Positions 61,893 through 64,000 of a stretch of DNA of 64,000 bases are shown here, one piece after another. A model generated the notes under the pieces. That model was not told the origin of the DNA. It searched no databases and saw only the letters and a list, made by a program, of their open reading frames with translations. A program made the position numbers and the translations under genes. The DNA comes from Prochlorococcus sp. AG-679-M23. Lineage in GTDB: Bacteria > Cyanobacteriota > Cyanobacteriia > PCC-6307 > Cyanobiaceae. The DNA lies in contig QCUR01000003.1 of assembly GCA_003208875.1 (NCBI GenBank), forward strand, positions 141,766 through 205,765, read 5' to 3'. Positions within the stretch are counted from its first letter, which is position 1, and each line of letters begins with the position of its first letter.

Positions 61893-64000
61893 ATGGAATT
61901 TAAAATTATAAAAAATGATTATGCAATAATTCTTTTAATTATTATATTAAGTACTTTAGTAGATTATTTTTATATCTCACAAATTAATAACCCTCCAGCT
62001 TGGGACCAAGGATTTCATCTAAGTAACGTCTTTAAGATGTATAACATTTTAGGCGACCAAGGCATTGGTATACCTGAAAAATTTAATCAATTATTAAATG
62101 TCACTGACAGCTATAGAGGCCCTTTAACATATTTTATATCGGCTCTATTTTTGAAATTATTCAATAATACTTATAAATTTGCTTATCTTTCAAATCAGAT
62201 TTTTAATATAATTTGTATTATTTCTATATTCCATCTTGGCAAATTAGTAAAAAACAAATCTACTGGTATATGGGCTGCATTACTTTTCACGTTTAGTTCA
62301 GTTATATTAAGTCAACGTACAGATTATTTAATCGACCTTTCACTTACATCATTTAGCACACTTGGATTTTTATTTTTTACTAAATGGTATTTTAATAAAC
62401 AAAAGTTTAGTTTTTATTCATTTTTAGCAGGAGCTATATTAGGTTTAATATTTTTAACAAGACCTACAGGAGTAGTTATATTTTTTCTTTCATTTTTGTT
62501 AATTATATTAAAATCAATCAAATCTAAATATACTTTTGATAATAGCTTAAGAGAATTTATATTTTTTTTTACAGCATTTATAATTGTAATTTTCCCCTGG
62601 TTTTCTCGAAATTGGTTGACTATTATTACATCTACTATTAATGCTTGGAAATGGGGTGTCAATTATCAAGATGGCCTTGAGTTTTATTCAATTGGAAGCT
62701 GGTTATATTATCTGAAAAGAATACCCTTAATGTTTGGAGCAATTAACTTTTCAATTTTTTCAATGATATTTTTGATAGAGAGGTTATTCCAGAAAAATCT
62801 ATTAACATTCAAAATTAAATCATTAGAAAAAATCGATTTATGGTTCTTATTATATATAATTAATTGCTACTTAATTATAAGTTTAATGTCTACAAAAGAC
62901 ATTAGATTTCTTATACCTATTTACCCAATTATTTGTATTTATTTGGCTAGATTCTTGGACACAAAAGATTATAAATTTTTTTCAATTAAACTTAAAAAAT
63001 TAATAATGATAATATCAATAATTTGTTCATTATTATTATCTAAAAATGATTTAAATAACAAGAACTTAAATAATTATTCTTCATACAAGTGGCCTCATAC
63101 TGATATTCTAAATGAGATAAAAAAGGAAAACAAAAATCTAGTTTCAACTTTAGCAATATTGCCTGATACTAAAGAAATTAATACTTTTAACCTCGAAGCA
63201 GAGGCTTCTAGGCAAGGAGAATATGTCGCAGTTAGACAGATTATTAGTAATAAAGAGACATATAAAGATGATTTAGAATTTTTTGACTGGTTTCTTGTAA
63301 AAACAGGTTATCAAGGGGTGATGTTTAACGAAGCAAAAAATTTACTTAATGAATATTTATCAAATAGTCCTTCTTTTATAATTCACAAGGAATGGCTCTT
63401 GCCAGACAAAAGTAAAGTTTCCCTCTTTAGGAGAAAAGTATTAAATAGTTATCTACTAAAGCAAGATTGTAAAAACAGTTCATCAAATTTAGATATTAAA
63501 AAAATCCCAGAAGGTATAAGATTAAGTCTAATAGGTAAAGGAAATACAATAAAATCTTCAAGTTTATTAATAGATTTTATAAATGAAGATTTTAAAAATT
63601 ATACAAATATTTCTTTGGGCAACGGTTCTTTTCATAGAAAATTCGATGAAAAAAGTTGCTATTTTTTGACCCAGGATATTCCAGTTACTTTTGATGAAAA
63701 AATTCAAAGGGGAATAAATATTAAAGCGAGACTTTTAGATAAAAAAGGAATAATAAAAGATTTAAATTTAATTGATAATGAAATAATGCTCAAAGATAAC
63801 TCTAAAAATAGGAGCATTATAAGAATGACTAATAAGATTGCAAAAGTTGATTTATTAGGTGATTATTTAAGAAAAGGAGAATTTGAAAAACTTTTTAATT
63901 TAGTTGGAGTAATTAATCAAAGTGATCCAAACCAAATATATCTCAAAGATGCTGAAAAAATATATTTACAGAGGTACAATGATAATAAAAACATAAAGAA
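61893..64000 (+). CDS. GT39/PMT-like membrane glycosyltransferase, running off the window end
   Basis: Not in track (no stop in window); ATG 61893, PPAWDQGFHLS, YRGPL, DYLIDL, STKDIRF. Confidence 0.8.
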   Translation, partial: MEFKIIKNDYAIILLIIILSTLVDYFYISQINNPPAWDQGFHLSNVFKMYNILGDQGIGIPEKFNQLLNVTDSYRGPLTYFISALFLKLFNNTYKFAYLSNQIFNIICIISIFHLGKLVKNKSTGIWAALLFTFSSVILSQRTDYLIDLSLTSFSTLGFLFFTKWYFNKQKFSFYSFLAGAILGLIFLTRPTGVVIFFLSFLLIILKSIKSKYTFDNSLREFIFFFTAFIIVIFPWFSRNWLTIITSTINAWKWGVNYQDGLEFYSIGSWLYYLKRIPLMFGAINFSIFSMIFLIERLFQKNLLTFKIKSLEKIDLWFLLYIINCYLIISLMSTKDIRFLIPIYPIICIYLARFLDTKDYKFFSIKLKKLIMIISIICSLLLSKNDLNNKNLNNYSSYKWPHTDILNEIKKENKNLVSTLAILPDTKEINTFNLEAEASRQGEYVAVRQIISNKETYKDDLEFFDWFLVKTGYQGVMFNEAKNLLNEYLSNSPSFIIHKEWLLPDKSKVSLFRRKVLNSYLLKQDCKNSSSNLDIKKIPEGIRLSLIGKGNTIKSSSLLIDFINEDFKNYTNISLGNGSFHRKFDEKSCYFLTQDIPVTFDEKIQRGINIKARLLDKKGIIKDLNLIDNEIMLKDNSKNRSIIRMTNKIAKVDLLGDYLRKGEFEKLFNLVGVINQSDPNQIYLKDAEKIYLQRYNDNKNIK

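Noticed and set aside
62414..62662. 82-aa minus-strand ORF
   Set aside because: Antisense to the long GT39-like gene starting at 61893

Overview
AT-rich cyanobacterial chromosome segment. Gene content, order and Pcb antenna point to a high-light Prochlorococcus; the strain cannot be fixed from sequence alone. The core backbone runs cysS-dxr-pntAB-NTRC-infA-ycf39-petM-ilvN-ycf4-psbDC-maf-cobQ, then futA-glyQ-pcb/isiB, then sppA-aroH-rpmH-rnpA-yidC-ycf46-serS-rseP-rpsN-pnp-cysQ-rsmI-tRNA-Arg, and ends in cell-surface glycosylation genes. The main accessory feature is an ~11.4 kb island (19443-30950) at the 3' end of tRNA-Ser(CGA). Three extra copies of the tRNA 3' end (ACGGAGAGGGTG) split it into three tandem cassettes, and no integrase was recognised in the window. 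Cassette A carries a Yfr1/Yfr10-like and Yfr2-like sRNA pair plus micro-ORFs, B a complete type I restriction-modification system, and C a TPR protein. Cassette ends carry their own families of short direct repeats (TATCCACCAACA, AACCTAGAGAC, possibly TACYATAAGYAY) plus 10-bp-phased motifs, resembling arm-type and directionality-factor sites of different tyrosine integrases that share one attB (tycheposon-like). Next to the island is an iron-linked module (futA, piuC-like hydroxylase, Cys-motif secreted peptide, Som porin). The porin ribosome-binding region carries the seed match for the island's Yfr1-type sRNA.
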